From an uncultured Chloroflexia bacterium (GTDB lineage Bacteria; Chloroflexota; Anaerolineae; CG2-30-64-16): DNA of 64,000 nucleotides. A program made the translations under genes and the position numbers. Positions 20,700 through 30,798 of the stretch are shown piece by piece (position 1 is the first letter of the stretch; each line of letters starts with the position of its first letter). The stretch lies in assembly GCA_963810095.1 (NCBI GenBank), contig CAWEMM010000007.1, positions 32,001 to 96,000 on the forward strand. Direction: 5' to 3'. The notes under the pieces are model-generated. The model was not told where the DNA came from, did not search any database, and saw only the letters and a list, made by a program, of their open reading frames with translations.

Positions 20700-21671
20700 C
20701 TAGTGCAGCTCGGCCGGGATATCGGCTTTGTCGGCCGCCTTCGGGAACCGCAGCAGGATTCCCAGGTCGGTCCGGTCCAGGTAGGGCGCCAGCTGTTGAA
20801 TCAGCGGCAGAAGCTGCGCATCCGGCGAGAGCTTGCCATAGAGCTCCATCGCGTTTGCGAGCAGCTGCGTATCCCAAATCAGCCTCGGCAGGGGCTCGTT
20901 GTTAACGTAGACGTAGGCGCCATCCGGTTTGGTACGGATCTCCATATTTTGGATATTGCCATTTTTGAAGTTGGCGAGGGTCTCGGGTGAGAGCTTGACG
21001 AGGCTGCCCATGCCCAGGGCGTCCAGGTCGTCCGGCGAAAGCGTCATCATGCCCGCCCGGCCCTGCTCGTCGAAGCGCACCTCGAACTTGGCCACTGCGG
21101 AAGGGGGAGCAGTCGTGACGGTCGGCTGGAAGCTGCGAACCGTGCCGGTGTCCACGAAGGGAATCTCCGCCTCGCCCGCGGCCCGGGGGAAGCGCAGGAC
21201 CACGTCGAGCCCCAGCCGGGTGATCAGGGGCAGAATGCGCTGGATCGCTTCGGCGTTCTCCACCTTGAGCGTACTGAGCAGGCCCAGCATCCGAGTCATG
21301 GAGTCTTGGCTCCAGCCGAGATGGGGCAGGGGTTTCCCATTGGCAAAGAACATCAGGCGGTCGCCCACCGAGGTGATCTCGAGGTGTTGCACACCCGCCT
21401 TAGTGAATTGGTCGACAAGCTCTTGCGGCAGCTTAAAGCCGGCAACGTCGACCCCGACCGCGCTCAGGAGGGCGGGGGAAATGCCGAGGATGCTGGGATT
21501 ACCCGCGGCATCGACGTCTACCACGAGGCGTGGCAGCGCGATCTGAAAGAGCTCGCCGCTCGACGTCGTCGGACCCGTCGTCGGCTGCGCGGCTTGCCCT
21601 CCGCAGCCGGCCAAGATCACCGCAAGGACCACCACGGAGACCCAAAGTCTTTGCCTCATCGCGCACCTCAT
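20700..21671 (-). CDS. Hypothetical lipoprotein with an internal two-fold repeat (paralog A); start may be 21659
   Basis: Lipobox LAGC; shares SGExFxxALPR, PPSAVAKFEV and YVNxxPLP with its neighbour. Confidence 0.85.
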   Translation of the reverse strand: MRCAMRQRLWVSVVVLAVILAGCGGQAAQPTTGPTTSSGELFQIALPRLVVDVDAAGNPSILGISPALLSAVGVDVAGFKLPQELVDQFTKAGVQHLEITSVGDRLMFFANGKPLPHLGWSQDSMTRMLGLLSTLKVENAEAIQRILPLITRLGLDVVLRFPRAAGEAEIPFVDTGTVRSFQPTVTTAPPSAVAKFEVRFDEQGRAGMMTLSPDDLDALGMGSLVKLSPETLANFKNGNIQNMEIRTKPDGAYVYVNNEPLPRLIWDTQLLANAMELYGKLSPDAQLLPLIQQLAPYLDRTDLGILLRFPKAADKADIPAELH

Positions 21672-21921
21672 GGCATCTGATTCGGTGTGTCAACGCTGGA
21701 GCACATGCACGTCGCCCGACGCACGGTGCACCGCCGGCCATCCTGGCCGACCATGCACGATTATAGAACAAACTCTACCAGATTTCAAGCAGCCATTTTG
21801 GTAGCCCCCGTCCCAGTTCTGCGCGGTCATCTCGAAACGTCCCCGACCGCTCAGCCCCCGGGAGAGACCGGGCCTGTCGAAGAACCGGGTCTCTCCCACA
21901 CGGCGACAGGACGACGCCCGG

Positions 21922-24279
21922 CTATGGGAGCTGCTGCAATGCTTCCCATATCTTCTGAGACGTAAGCGGCATCGAATCGATACGGATGCCGGCCGCATTG
22001 TAGACCGCATTCGCAATCGCGGGGGCGGTCGGCACCATCGGGTGCTCCCCGACGCCGCGGGCCCCGAAGGGACCGTCGTCCTGCGGCACCTCAACGATGA
22101 TGTTCTCCGTTTCCAGCGGCGCATCGACGGCAGTCGCGATGCGATAGTCGGTGAAGTTCGGGTTGCGGGGCCGGCCGTGATCCAGGACGAGGCTTTCCAG
22201 CAGTGCAGTGCTCATGCCTTGCACCGCGCCACCTTCCATCTGCGTGCGCACCATCTCCGGGTTGATCGCCTTGCCGACGTCGTATGCGGAGACGATCTTG
22301 AGCACCTGGATTTCGCCCGTCTCCGTGTCGATCTCCAGTTCCACTGCCTGGCAGCCGGTCGTGAAGTGGACCACTGCCCGCGGGCCCTGCCCCGTCTCGG
22401 AATCGAGCGGGGTGACGTAGTCGGGCATGAAGCGGCCCTGCGCGACCACCGGTCCGCCGACGAAGGTGCCGTCCTTGCGCTGCACGCCGTAGATGGCGAT
22501 GTCCTTCAGCGGCACCGACTCCTCGGACTTGTAGCTGATCACGGTGCCGTCGATGATATCCAGGTCCTGGATGTCCTCGCCCCACGCCTGCGCGACTGCC
22601 GACAGCACCTGGGTGCGGGCGGTTTCGGCGGCTTGCAGCACCGCGTTGCCCATGCTCCACGTCAGGCGCGAGGCCACCGTCTGCCATTCGTAGGGGCTGT
22701 AGTCGGTGTCGACCGTGTTGACCCGCACGTCGGTCACCTTGATACCGAGTCCCTCGGCCGCGAACTGGGCCATCGCGGTCAGTGCGCCCTGGCCGATGTC
22801 CACGCCGCCGATGCTGACCGTCGCCGTGCCGTCCTCGTTCAGCCGCACGAGCGCGCTCGAGCCGGGGTTGGGGGGCATCGCAGGCGCCTTCCACATGGCC
22901 GCCAGCCCCTTCCCGCGCACCTTGTGCGGCCCCGAGGGGGAGCACGGCTCGCCCCACTTGATCGCATCCGCCGCCTTGCGGATGCACTGGCTGAGGCCGG
23001 TCGGGTGCATCTTCATGCCGGTCAGCGTCTCGTCGCCGTCCTTCAGGCAGTTTTTGAGCCGCACCTCCACCGGGTCGAGCCCCAGCTTGTGGGCCATCTG
23101 GTCGATGTGCTGCTCGATGCCGAAGTGGATTTCCGGCATGCCGAACCCACGCATGGCGCCGCCCACGGGATGGTTGGTATAGACGCAGAAGCTGTCGACG
23201 TGGATGTTGGGGACGAAGTAGGGGCCCGTGCCCGAGTAGCCGGCCGCCCGGCTGATGTTCACCCCGTACTCGGTGCTGGCGCCGCCGTCCCAGTAGAAGG
23301 TGTTCTGCATGGCCGTGATGCGGCCGTCCTTCGTCATGCCCATCTTGATCTTCGCGATCAGGCCCTGGCGCACGAAGGTCGTGTAGAACTCCTCCTCGCG
23401 GGTCATGCGCAGCTTGACCGGCCGGCCCTTCGCGTGGATGGCCAGCGCGACGGCTGCGCCCTCCATGCTCACGCCTGCCTTCGAGCCGAATCCACCACCA
23501 ACGTGCGGCGTAATGACCCGCAGCCGCGAGTGGTTGATGTGGAGCGCCTTGGCGATCAGGTTCCGCTGGGCAAAGGGCGACTGGCTGGAGGACCAGAGCG
23601 TGATCTTGCCGTTCATGTCCTGCTGGGCCACGCACACATGCGTCTCGAGCGGTACGTGCTGGATGTGCGGCACTTTGTACGTGTGCTCGTACACCACGCC
23701 GCCGTCTGCGGCAGCTTCGGCCCAGCCCTGCTCCATGTCGCCCTTGCGCACCTTCATCCAGTTCGAGATGTTCGTGCCCGGCTGCGGGAAGACGAATGGG
23801 ACGCTCTCATACGATCCGAGATCGGGGTGGATCAGGGGCGCTTCGGGCGAGGCGCCATACTCCGGGTCGAACACGCCGGGCAGTTCCTCGTACTCGACCT
23901 CGATCAGATCCAGCGCAGCCTCGGCGATCTCCGGCGTATCTGCTGCGACTGCTGCAACGGCCTCGCCGAAGTGGCGCACTCGATCCAGCGCGAAGATGCG
24001 CCGGTCCTTAAGGTACAAGCCCGAGAAACCGGGGAAGTCCTCGCCGCACACGACGACCCGGACGCCCGGCAGCGCCCGGGCCTTGCTGACGTCGATGCGC
24101 TTGATGAGACCGTGCGGAATCGGGCTGCGCTTCAGTGCGCCCCACAGGAGGTTCGGCCCGAACTGCATATCGTCGACGTACGTGGCCGCGCCGGTCACCT
24201 TGTCGCGGCCTTCGATCCGCTGCGGGCTGGCGCCGACTGCGTGCGTTTTCTGCCTGGTTGGAGGGGGTGTCGTGGTCAT
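21922..24279 (-). CDS. Xanthine dehydrogenase family molybdopterin-binding subunit
   Basis: KVTG.A.Y.DD, SQSP, GGGFGSK, AMRGFG, GQG, DVGKAINP..QMEGG and GARGVGE. Start MTTTP overlaps the upstream stop. Confidence 0.95.
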   Translation of the reverse strand: MTTTPPPTRQKTHAVGASPQRIEGRDKVTGAATYVDDMQFGPNLLWGALKRSPIPHGLIKRIDVSKARALPGVRVVVCGEDFPGFSGLYLKDRRIFALDRVRHFGEAVAAVAADTPEIAEAALDLIEVEYEELPGVFDPEYGASPEAPLIHPDLGSYESVPFVFPQPGTNISNWMKVRKGDMEQGWAEAAADGGVVYEHTYKVPHIQHVPLETHVCVAQQDMNGKITLWSSSQSPFAQRNLIAKALHINHSRLRVITPHVGGGFGSKAGVSMEGAAVALAIHAKGRPVKLRMTREEEFYTTFVRQGLIAKIKMGMTKDGRITAMQNTFYWDGGASTEYGVNISRAAGYSGTGPYFVPNIHVDSFCVYTNHPVGGAMRGFGMPEIHFGIEQHIDQMAHKLGLDPVEVRLKNCLKDGDETLTGMKMHPTGLSQCIRKAADAIKWGEPCSPSGPHKVRGKGLAAMWKAPAMPPNPGSSALVRLNEDGTATVSIGGVDIGQGALTAMAQFAAEGLGIKVTDVRVNTVDTDYSPYEWQTVASRLTWSMGNAVLQAAETARTQVLSAVAQAWGEDIQDLDIIDGTVISYKSEESVPLKDIAIYGVQRKDGTFVGGPVVAQGRFMPDYVTPLDSETGQGPRAVVHFTTGCQAVELEIDTETGEIQVLKIVSAYDVGKAINPEMVRTQMEGGAVQGMSTALLESLVLDHGRPRNPNFTDYRIATAVDAPLETENIIVEVPQDDGPFGARGVGEHPMVPTAPAIANAVYNAAGIRIDSMPLTSQKIWEALQQLP

Positions 24280-24767
24280 GCGATCGCCTCCCGGCGGGTC
24301 TCGGCGCTGCGCCGAGCCGCCATCTTGATCGCATCGATGATGCGCATGTAGCCCGTGCAGCGGCACAGATTGCCGACCAGCGCCTCACGGATCTGTTCAT
24401 CGGTCGGGTTCGGGTTCCGGTCGAGCAGCGCGCGGGCATTTACGAGGATGCCCGGCGTGCAGAAGCCGCATTGGGTCGCGCCTGTGGCGACAAAGGCTTC
24501 CTGGAGCGGATCGAGCTGCTGGTCTGTGGCGAGACCTTCGATCGTCGTGATGGCTGCGCCGTTTGCTTCGGGTGCAAGGACCATGCACGAGTTGACCGGC
24601 TCGCCGTTCAGCAGTACGGCGCATGCGCCGCACTCGCCCGCTTCACAGCCGTTCTTGGTGCCGGTCAGGACGAGCTGCTCGCGCAGCACGCGCAGCAGTG
24701 TATAGTGGGACGGCACTTCAAGGTCGTAGGGTTCGCCGTTGACGGTGAACTGGATGCGATGTTTCAT
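24276..24767 (-). CDS. Xanthine dehydrogenase family [2Fe-2S] subunit
   Basis: GCEAGECGAC, QCGFCTPG and NLCRCTGY. Confidence 0.96.
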   Translation of the reverse strand: MKHRIQFTVNGEPYDLEVPSHYTLLRVLREQLVLTGTKNGCEAGECGACAVLLNGEPVNSCMVLAPEANGAAITTIEGLATDQQLDPLQEAFVATGATQCGFCTPGILVNARALLDRNPNPTDEQIREALVGNLCRCTGYMRIIDAIKMAARRSAETRREAIA

Positions 24768-25660
24768 GCTGCTCCTCCAGCCGCGGGAGGAGCGCTGGGA
24801 ACCGAAAGCGCCGCCAGGATGCTCTCGATGCCGCGGCGGGCCAGTACCCGGACCATGGCCTTGCGATAGGCCGCGCTGCCGCGAATGTCGTCGATCGGCC
24901 GCGCGGCCCCCGATGCCAGCTCGGCCGCCCGGGCCACGCCTGCCGGCGTGTTATCCTGCGCGAGGGCCGTTTCGGCTTCTAATGCCCGCAGGGGGGTGGG
25001 ACCGGCTGCGCCGATGGCGAGCCGCCAGGCAAGGCTGCCGTCGCGTGCCTCGCAGTTGACGGCCACGCTGACGACGGCGATATCGCCGATCTTGGTGCGG
25101 CCGAGCTTGTTGTATGAGCCGGCCGAGCGAACGCCCTCGTGTGGGGGCAAGTGGATGGCCGTCAGGAATTCGCCCTTCTGCATGGCCGTGCGGCCGGGGC
25201 CGGTGAAGAACGCGCCCATGGGGATGCGCCGAGCGCCGCCTGCACCGAAGACCTCGGCCACCGCATCCAGGCAGAGGAGCGCGGGTGCGGTGTCGGCGGC
25301 GGGGCTGGCGTTGCAGCAGTTGCCGCCGATGGTGGCCCGGTTGCGCAGTTGGTACGAGGCCACGGAATTCGCGGCTTGCGCCAGGACGTCGTACCGTTCG
25401 CAGATCACCGGGTGTGTGCCGACCTGGTTCATCGTGCAGGCCGCGCCGACGACGAGCCAGCCATCCGGGCTGAGCTTGATTTCGCGCATGCCGGGCAGGC
25501 CCTTCAGGTCGACGACGCGTTCTGGCTTGACGAATCCGCCCCGAATGCGAATCAAAAGGTCCGTGCCGCCCTGAAGCGCGCGCACGGACCCGATGCCAGC
25601 AGCAAGATATTCGCTGGCCTCCTGGTAATCCCTGGGGATGACGTAGTCAAATGGTTGCAA
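24764..25660 (-). CDS. Xanthine dehydrogenase family FAD-binding subunit
   Basis: GGTDL, RNRATIGGN..NASPAAD and PIDDIRGSAAYR. Confidence 0.95.
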   Translation of the reverse strand: MQPFDYVIPRDYQEASEYLAAGIGSVRALQGGTDLLIRIRGGFVKPERVVDLKGLPGMREIKLSPDGWLVVGAACTMNQVGTHPVICERYDVLAQAANSVASYQLRNRATIGGNCCNASPAADTAPALLCLDAVAEVFGAGGARRIPMGAFFTGPGRTAMQKGEFLTAIHLPPHEGVRSAGSYNKLGRTKIGDIAVVSVAVNCEARDGSLAWRLAIGAAGPTPLRALEAETALAQDNTPAGVARAAELASGAARPIDDIRGSAAYRKAMVRVLARRGIESILAALSVPSAPPAAGGAA

Positions 25661-25680
25661 CGTTGCTCACCTCGTGATGC

Positions 25681-25731
25681 CATGTGACAGGGTCACCCCG
25701 CCGCCGGGCGGCCGGGCGACCCTGTCACATG
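25681..25731. terminator. Strong hairpin between the permease and the XDH genes
   Basis: CATGTGACAGGGTC / GACCCTGTCACATG 14-bp perfect stem. Confidence 0.5.
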
Positions 25732-25737
25732 AAAGTA

Positions 25738-27210
25738 CTAGAAGTCCAGGTTCGCCCGCTCCTTCACGCCGAACTTCGATGGCGGCAGGATGGTGAAGAT
25801 CAGGTTCAAGAAGATGCCCACGATCGCCGAGAAAACGATGGCAGGGATGCCGTTCGGGAAGAGCACGGCGATCTTGAACGGGAACAGGCCGTTGGGCATG
25901 CCCAGGCTGCCGCCAATGCCCAGCACCAGGATCACGGCGCCGATGGCGAGGTTGCGCGGCTCGAACAGGTTCACCCGCTCGCTCTGCAGCAGCGCAACAC
26001 CCTGCATGCCGATGACGCCGAACAGGTAGATCGACAGGCCGCCGACCACTGGCACCGGAACCGTGCCGATCAGCGCCGCGAGTGTGCCGATAAAGGCCAG
26101 CAGCATGGCCATCACGCCCGCGGCCATCAGCACGGGTACGGAGTAGTTGCGGGTAATTGCCATGAGCGAGTTGTTCTCGCCGTAGTTGGTGCCCGCCGAG
26201 CCGCCGAGGAGGCCGGCCACGACATCATCCGTGCCGTCGGCCACGAGGTTGACGCCGATCAGGTTCTTGATCTCCTTCGGCTTCCGGCCCAAATCCTTCG
26301 CCAGCTGGTCGATATAGAGGCTCATCTGGTAGAGATGGGCGGTCGATTCGGGAATGGTGGCGATGCAGATCAGTGCGATGCTGAAGACGACGGCCCAGGC
26401 GTTCGGGTTCGCGAAGTCGGGTAAGGTAAAGGGCGGTACTCGGAAAAGTTGAGCCGCCGTGACGTCGGCAAAGTACTTGACGTAACCGAGTTTCTCTGCG
26501 GGCGGGGGGCCAAACTGGATCAAGCCAAAGGGGATCGCGGCGATGTAGCCGACGACCGCACCCAGCAGGATGGGCAGCATGCCGAGCAGGCCCCGGCCCT
26601 GCAGGTAGACCGAGAAGATGATGGTAGCCAGCAGCGTAATGCCCGCCACGGCCCACGCTCGCCACTGGAAGTCGGCCGGCGCGCCGACGGCGATCCCGCC
26701 CGCCTCGCTGATCGCGGTACCCGCGAGCGCGATACCGATGACGATGGCGACGCTGCCCGTGATGATGGGGGGCAGCACCTTGTCAAGCGCCGCCTTGCCG
26801 ATCCGGACGATCATCAGGCCGAGCAGGATTTCGATGACCGCGGTGCCCAGGATGCCGACCTGCGCGATACGAACGCCGTCGCGGCAGTAGGTCGTCAGCG
26901 GGTCGCTGAAACAGCCGCCGGCATAGGTTGCCATAACGGTAATAATGACCGCGATGTAGCTGAAGCTGGAGCCGTAATAGAGCGGGATGCGGCGCCGTGT
27001 CACCAGGAGGGCAATGATGGTGCCCAGGCCACTGGTGAACAGCGTCACGCCGACATCGAACTTGGTAAGGATGGCAACCAGGACGGTTGCGGGAAACATC
27101 GTCAGCACCTGCTGGAAGCCGAGGCTCAGCATGGCGCCGACCGGGGGCATGTCCTCCGGCAGGTAGCCGAGGATCTTACCCTCTTCGGTGGGGACGGACT
27201 TCACGGCCAT
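25738..27210 (-). CDS. NCS2 nucleobase:cation symporter (uracil/xanthine permease family)
   Basis: GSSFSY, LPPIITG, ESTAH and the NAT motif TNYGENN. Start MAVKS follows AAGGAG. Confidence 0.93.
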   Translation of the reverse strand: MAVKSVPTEEGKILGYLPEDMPPVGAMLSLGFQQVLTMFPATVLVAILTKFDVGVTLFTSGLGTIIALLVTRRRIPLYYGSSFSYIAVIITVMATYAGGCFSDPLTTYCRDGVRIAQVGILGTAVIEILLGLMIVRIGKAALDKVLPPIITGSVAIVIGIALAGTAISEAGGIAVGAPADFQWRAWAVAGITLLATIIFSVYLQGRGLLGMLPILLGAVVGYIAAIPFGLIQFGPPPAEKLGYVKYFADVTAAQLFRVPPFTLPDFANPNAWAVVFSIALICIATIPESTAHLYQMSLYIDQLAKDLGRKPKEIKNLIGVNLVADGTDDVVAGLLGGSAGTNYGENNSLMAITRNYSVPVLMAAGVMAMLLAFIGTLAALIGTVPVPVVGGLSIYLFGVIGMQGVALLQSERVNLFEPRNLAIGAVILVLGIGGSLGMPNGLFPFKIAVLFPNGIPAIVFSAIVGIFLNLIFTILPPSKFGVKERANLDF

Positions 27211-27423
27211 GATAACGTTCTCCTTTGAGATTAGGATGGGCTGGGCAAAAAAGGAAACGATCGACCGTCTTGATATCCGGGGCGCGTACCTCCAAAAGGC
27301 AAAGCGCACACACCTCCTTCTGGGCCGCATTTTAGCACAGCGACCACTGCGCTACACGACGCGAAACCTACGCTTACATAACGTCGAACCCACGCCGGTG
27401 CAGCATCTGGGCGAAGCGGGGTT

Positions 27424-27498
27424 ACCACAGAAGGCACAAAGACACGAAGGTTCACAAAGAGGCTCTAAAGAAGCTTTGTGTCTTGGTGTCTTTGTGGT
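27424..27498. repeat. REP-like element with tandem CACAAAG arms in inverted orientation
   Basis: ACCACAGAAGGCACAAAGACAC... / ...CTTTGTGTCTTGGTGTCTTTGTGGT; a related copy is at 33051-33136. Confidence 0.65.
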
Positions 27499-27514
27499 GA
27501 GGCGCACCTCCGCA

Positions 27515-28762
27515 TCAGCGTAACCGTAGCGCTCCGCGAAACGCGATCAGCGCCTGCTCGAATACGCCGAGCGCCGGTCGCACCAGTCCCGCGCCGACCT
27601 GGCCGACGCCGGGGTCCTTGTGCGCGACACCCGTGTTGACGCGCGGCGAGATGCCCGTCTCGACGACTTTACGGATATCGATGCCGGTCGGCGTGCCCCG
27701 AAAGTCGAGGGCCGGCATGGTGAAGTACTTGTGCTCGCCGAACGTGATTTCGTACATCTCGAGCGTGGCCGTCAACGCGTCCTTGGGCGTACCGCCGACA
27801 AACTGGACGATGGCCGGGGCCGTCGCCATGGCAAATCCGCCAATGCCCGCGGTTTCGGTGATGGTGCTGTCGCCGATGTCGGGGTTGGCGTCGGCCTCGC
27901 TGAACCCGGCGAAGTAGAGCGCCTTCACTTTCTCGGCCGGCTGGGTGAACCAACGGTCGCCCAGGCCCGACACCCGGATGCCAAAGTCCGTGCCGTTGCG
28001 CGCCATGGTCGTGACGATCGTGCTGCCCTCGATGCCGTGCGCGGCGTCGGCCATGGCCTTGCACCCCGCCATAATCGGGTTGAGCACGGACAGCGGGTGA
28101 TCGCCCAGGAACCTGGCAACCTCCGACGCGACTTGGGGACTTGGCGCGCACAGGGCGACCTGGGGCGCCAGGGCTTTCAGGAACAGCAGCGCCGCGGCCT
28201 TGTTGCGGTTGTGTCCCTCGTCGCCCATGTGCAGGGCCTCGCCCAACAGCGCGCGGATGTCGACCCCGCCGCTCGCGACGATCGCATCGTGCAGGACCGG
28301 AGCCATCACGTCGTTCATCCAGTGGAGCCGAGCGATGACGTCCGGGGCGTACGCGCCCATGCGCAACACCTTGCCATAGCCCTCGTTGAGGTTCGAGTAG
28401 CTGAGGTTGCCGTGGGTCTTGTTCTCGACCACGTACACCATCATGGAAGGCGAGATGACGCCCGCCATGGGCCCGACGGCGGCGTGGTGGTGGCAAGGAT
28501 CAAACCGCACCTTCCCGCCGGCTGCCAGGGCGACTGCTTCCTCCGCGTCCTGCGCCCGGCCTTCGAAGATCAGCGCGCCGATGACCGCACCCCGCTGGGG
28601 TCCGGACATCCGCTCCCACGTAACCGGCGGGCCCGCGTGCATCAGCAAGTCGTCGCTCATCCCGGGCACCGCGTCCCGCGCCCGGGCCAGCCCGATTACG
28701 ACCGGCCGGGCCTGCATCATCCGCTCGACGGCCGTTCTGTTCGCCGCATCAATGTCGACCAC
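27515..28762 (-). CDS. DUF1116 protein (YlbE/YahG; oxamate carbamoyltransferase subunit AllG-like)
   Basis: HAGPP, PCHHH.AVGPMAG, MGDEGHNRN, RNG..FGI, DIGDS and NTGVAHK..GQVGAG. GTG at 28762 follows GGAGG. Confidence 0.9.
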   Translation of the reverse strand: MVDIDAANRTAVERMMQARPVVIGLARARDAVPGMSDDLLMHAGPPVTWERMSGPQRGAVIGALIFEGRAQDAEEAVALAAGGKVRFDPCHHHAAVGPMAGVISPSMMVYVVENKTHGNLSYSNLNEGYGKVLRMGAYAPDVIARLHWMNDVMAPVLHDAIVASGGVDIRALLGEALHMGDEGHNRNKAAALLFLKALAPQVALCAPSPQVASEVARFLGDHPLSVLNPIMAGCKAMADAAHGIEGSTIVTTMARNGTDFGIRVSGLGDRWFTQPAEKVKALYFAGFSEADANPDIGDSTITETAGIGGFAMATAPAIVQFVGGTPKDALTATLEMYEITFGEHKYFTMPALDFRGTPTGIDIRKVVETGISPRVNTGVAHKDPGVGQVGAGLVRPALGVFEQALIAFRGALRLR

Positions 28763-28787
28763 GTGTCCTCCACCTGCGGGCAAGGCT

Positions 28788-28884
28788 GCCACGAATTTCA
28801 CGAATTGCACGAATGAGACGAATCACGCGTAGGTCGCTATCGTCTCGAAATCGCCGAATTCGTCAAATTCGTGCAATTCGTGGC
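28788..28884. repeat. REP-like element with tandem CACGAATT arms
   Basis: (CACGAATT)x3 ... (AATTCGT)x3; a related copy is at 30695-30764. Confidence 0.7.
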
Positions 28885-28891
28885 GGCCTCG

Positions 28892-30643
28892 TCATTTCTT
28901 CATCTTGGCGAGAATTGCCATCAGGCGCTCGTTGCCGCCCGCGGGCGGGCGCCAGTCGACGTGGATCACCGGCGCACCCTGGGCCTGCAGCGTCTCGGCA
29001 AACGACTCCAGCCCGACGTTGATTGCCGCGAGGGGCGCCTGCAGCGCGTCCAGCGAGACGGGCCGCAGGGCCGAGGGCACGGGCCGAGGCGCCAGGGCCC
29101 GCACGAGCTCGCCTGCCCGCCGCACAGTCGCTTCGTTACGGGTGTCGACCTGCGCACCGGCTTCGGCCAGCCGTTGGCGTTGGGCCTCCAGGTCCTGCGG
29201 GTCCTCATCAGTCCCGGTCAGCACCACGAGCACGTCCAGGCGGCGGCCCGCACTTCGTGCAACGCCGATCGCCCGTTCGATCGCGGGCGCCAGTTCTGCG
29301 GCCGGGTTCGGATGCGAGCCGTAGCCCAGCACCACGTCGAGCAGGAGCACGCCCACCTCTGGGTCTGCCGCTTCCTGGAGCAGCCGGCGGACGCGCAGCT
29401 CGTTGTCGAGCATGGGGTGCAGCCGGCCGACGGTGAACTCGTCCTCGCCCAGATCGACGATGGTGTGCTCCTGGCTGACCAGCGAGTTGGGCAGCTGCCA
29501 CGCTTTGTCGAGCGGCGCATTCGCCCACACGCCCGGTACGTAATCCCTCAGGATGGCCTGTGCCTCGTAGGCCAGGGTGCCGCCCGAGAACAGGCCGCGC
29601 AGGTAGCGTTGGCCGGGGGCGAAACCGGCAACCTGTTCCTCGACCAAGACAGCCGGGTCTCCTGCGCCGCCCCCTTGGCGGAAACCGGGTTTCTCGAGCT
29701 CGCCTGCCAACTCCACGGCCAGCGCAGCGGCATGGTCAAGGCTTGCGGCGAAGTACAGGTTGCCTCGGGTCGTACAGGTGACGGGCCGGCCGACGAACGA
29801 CACCACGACCGGCTTGCCTGCGGACTCGGCGAGCTGGAGCACTTCCTCGGCGACCGTGGCCGCGGGCGGCTTTGACACCAGCACAATTACCTTGACGTCG
29901 GGGTCGCGTGCGAGAACGTCGATTCCCTGGCGGAACGTTACCGCGCCGATCTTCTCAGACAGATCGCGGCCGCCCGTGCCAATACCGTGAGTCACCCCGC
30001 CGCCCAACTGGTGGATGCGGGCGGTTACCTGTTGCAGGCCGGTCCCGGCCGCGGCGACCACGCCAATTGGGCCGCCGCGCACCTTGTTGGCAAAGCCCAG
30101 GCCGACGCCGCCGATCATCGCGGTCCCGCAGTCTGGCCCCATGACGAGCAGACCTTTCTCGGCGGCGAGGCGCTTCAACTCGATTTCTTCTTCGACCGGC
30201 ACGTTGTCGCTGAAGAGGAAGACGTGTTTGTTCGCTGCCAGGGCCTGGCGCGCCACACCCGCAGCATAACGGCCCGCGACCGAAATCAACACAAAGTTGG
30301 CTTCCGGCAGCATCTGGGCTGCGGTGTCGAGGCTCTGCGGGCGATAGTCTTGGCGGAGGGTCGAGCGCCGCAGGGCCAGGAGTGCGTCGACTTGAGCGAG
30401 TGCCGCGAGTGCCGCCGCGTCGCTTTCTGACTGCACCGCGATGATCAGATCGTCGGGGCGGGCCGCGTCGATCTCCGGTGCGGTCAGCCCGCTCTGCGCC
30501 AGCAACGCCTTGTTGGACGGCGTGCCCATGGCTACGCCGGATTGCAGGATGCCATCCAGTCCGGCGAGTGCGGCCTGCAGATGCATGAGGACGATCGAGT
30601 CATAGTAGGCGCCGCGCCGGATTTCGACTTGGGTAGTTGTCAT
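28892..30643 (-). CDS. fdrA: FdrA family protein (AllF/YahF-like, succinyl-CoA synthetase alpha-like fold) with an extra C-terminal domain
   Basis: YYDSIVLM, MGTPSNK, FSDNV, MGPDCGT, GTGGRDL, SGGTL, GRLHPM and C-terminal DWRPPAGG. Confidence 0.92.
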   Translation of the reverse strand: MTTTQVEIRRGAYYDSIVLMHLQAALAGLDGILQSGVAMGTPSNKALLAQSGLTAPEIDAARPDDLIIAVQSESDAAALAALAQVDALLALRRSTLRQDYRPQSLDTAAQMLPEANFVLISVAGRYAAGVARQALAANKHVFLFSDNVPVEEEIELKRLAAEKGLLVMGPDCGTAMIGGVGLGFANKVRGGPIGVVAAAGTGLQQVTARIHQLGGGVTHGIGTGGRDLSEKIGAVTFRQGIDVLARDPDVKVIVLVSKPPAATVAEEVLQLAESAGKPVVVSFVGRPVTCTTRGNLYFAASLDHAAALAVELAGELEKPGFRQGGGAGDPAVLVEEQVAGFAPGQRYLRGLFSGGTLAYEAQAILRDYVPGVWANAPLDKAWQLPNSLVSQEHTIVDLGEDEFTVGRLHPMLDNELRVRRLLQEAADPEVGVLLLDVVLGYGSHPNPAAELAPAIERAIGVARSAGRRLDVLVVLTGTDEDPQDLEAQRQRLAEAGAQVDTRNEATVRRAGELVRALAPRPVPSALRPVSLDALQAPLAAINVGLESFAETLQAQGAPVIHVDWRPPAGGNERLMAILAKMKK

Positions 30644-30694
30644 TCAGGCCTCGCTCGCATTCGGCGATTTCGCTCTGACGGTTAAGTTGGGTCC

Positions 30695-30764
30695 GCCACG
30701 AATTGCACGAATTGTACGAATTGGCGTTCGAAATGTCTACGAAGCAATTCGGGAAATTCGCGGC
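30695..30764. repeat. REP-like element with tandem CACGAATT arms
   Basis: GCCACGAATTGCACGAATTGTACGAATT ... AATTCGGGAAATTCGCGGC. Confidence 0.65.
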
Positions 30765-30798
30765 AGCGCCGCGGGCGATGCCGTCGCTCCGGCGTCGC

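Noticed and set aside
21922-25660. Aerobic CO dehydrogenase (coxMSL order)
   Set aside because: The active-site loop is AMRGFG, not AYRCSFR or AYRGAGR, and the neighbouring genes point to nucleobase metabolism.
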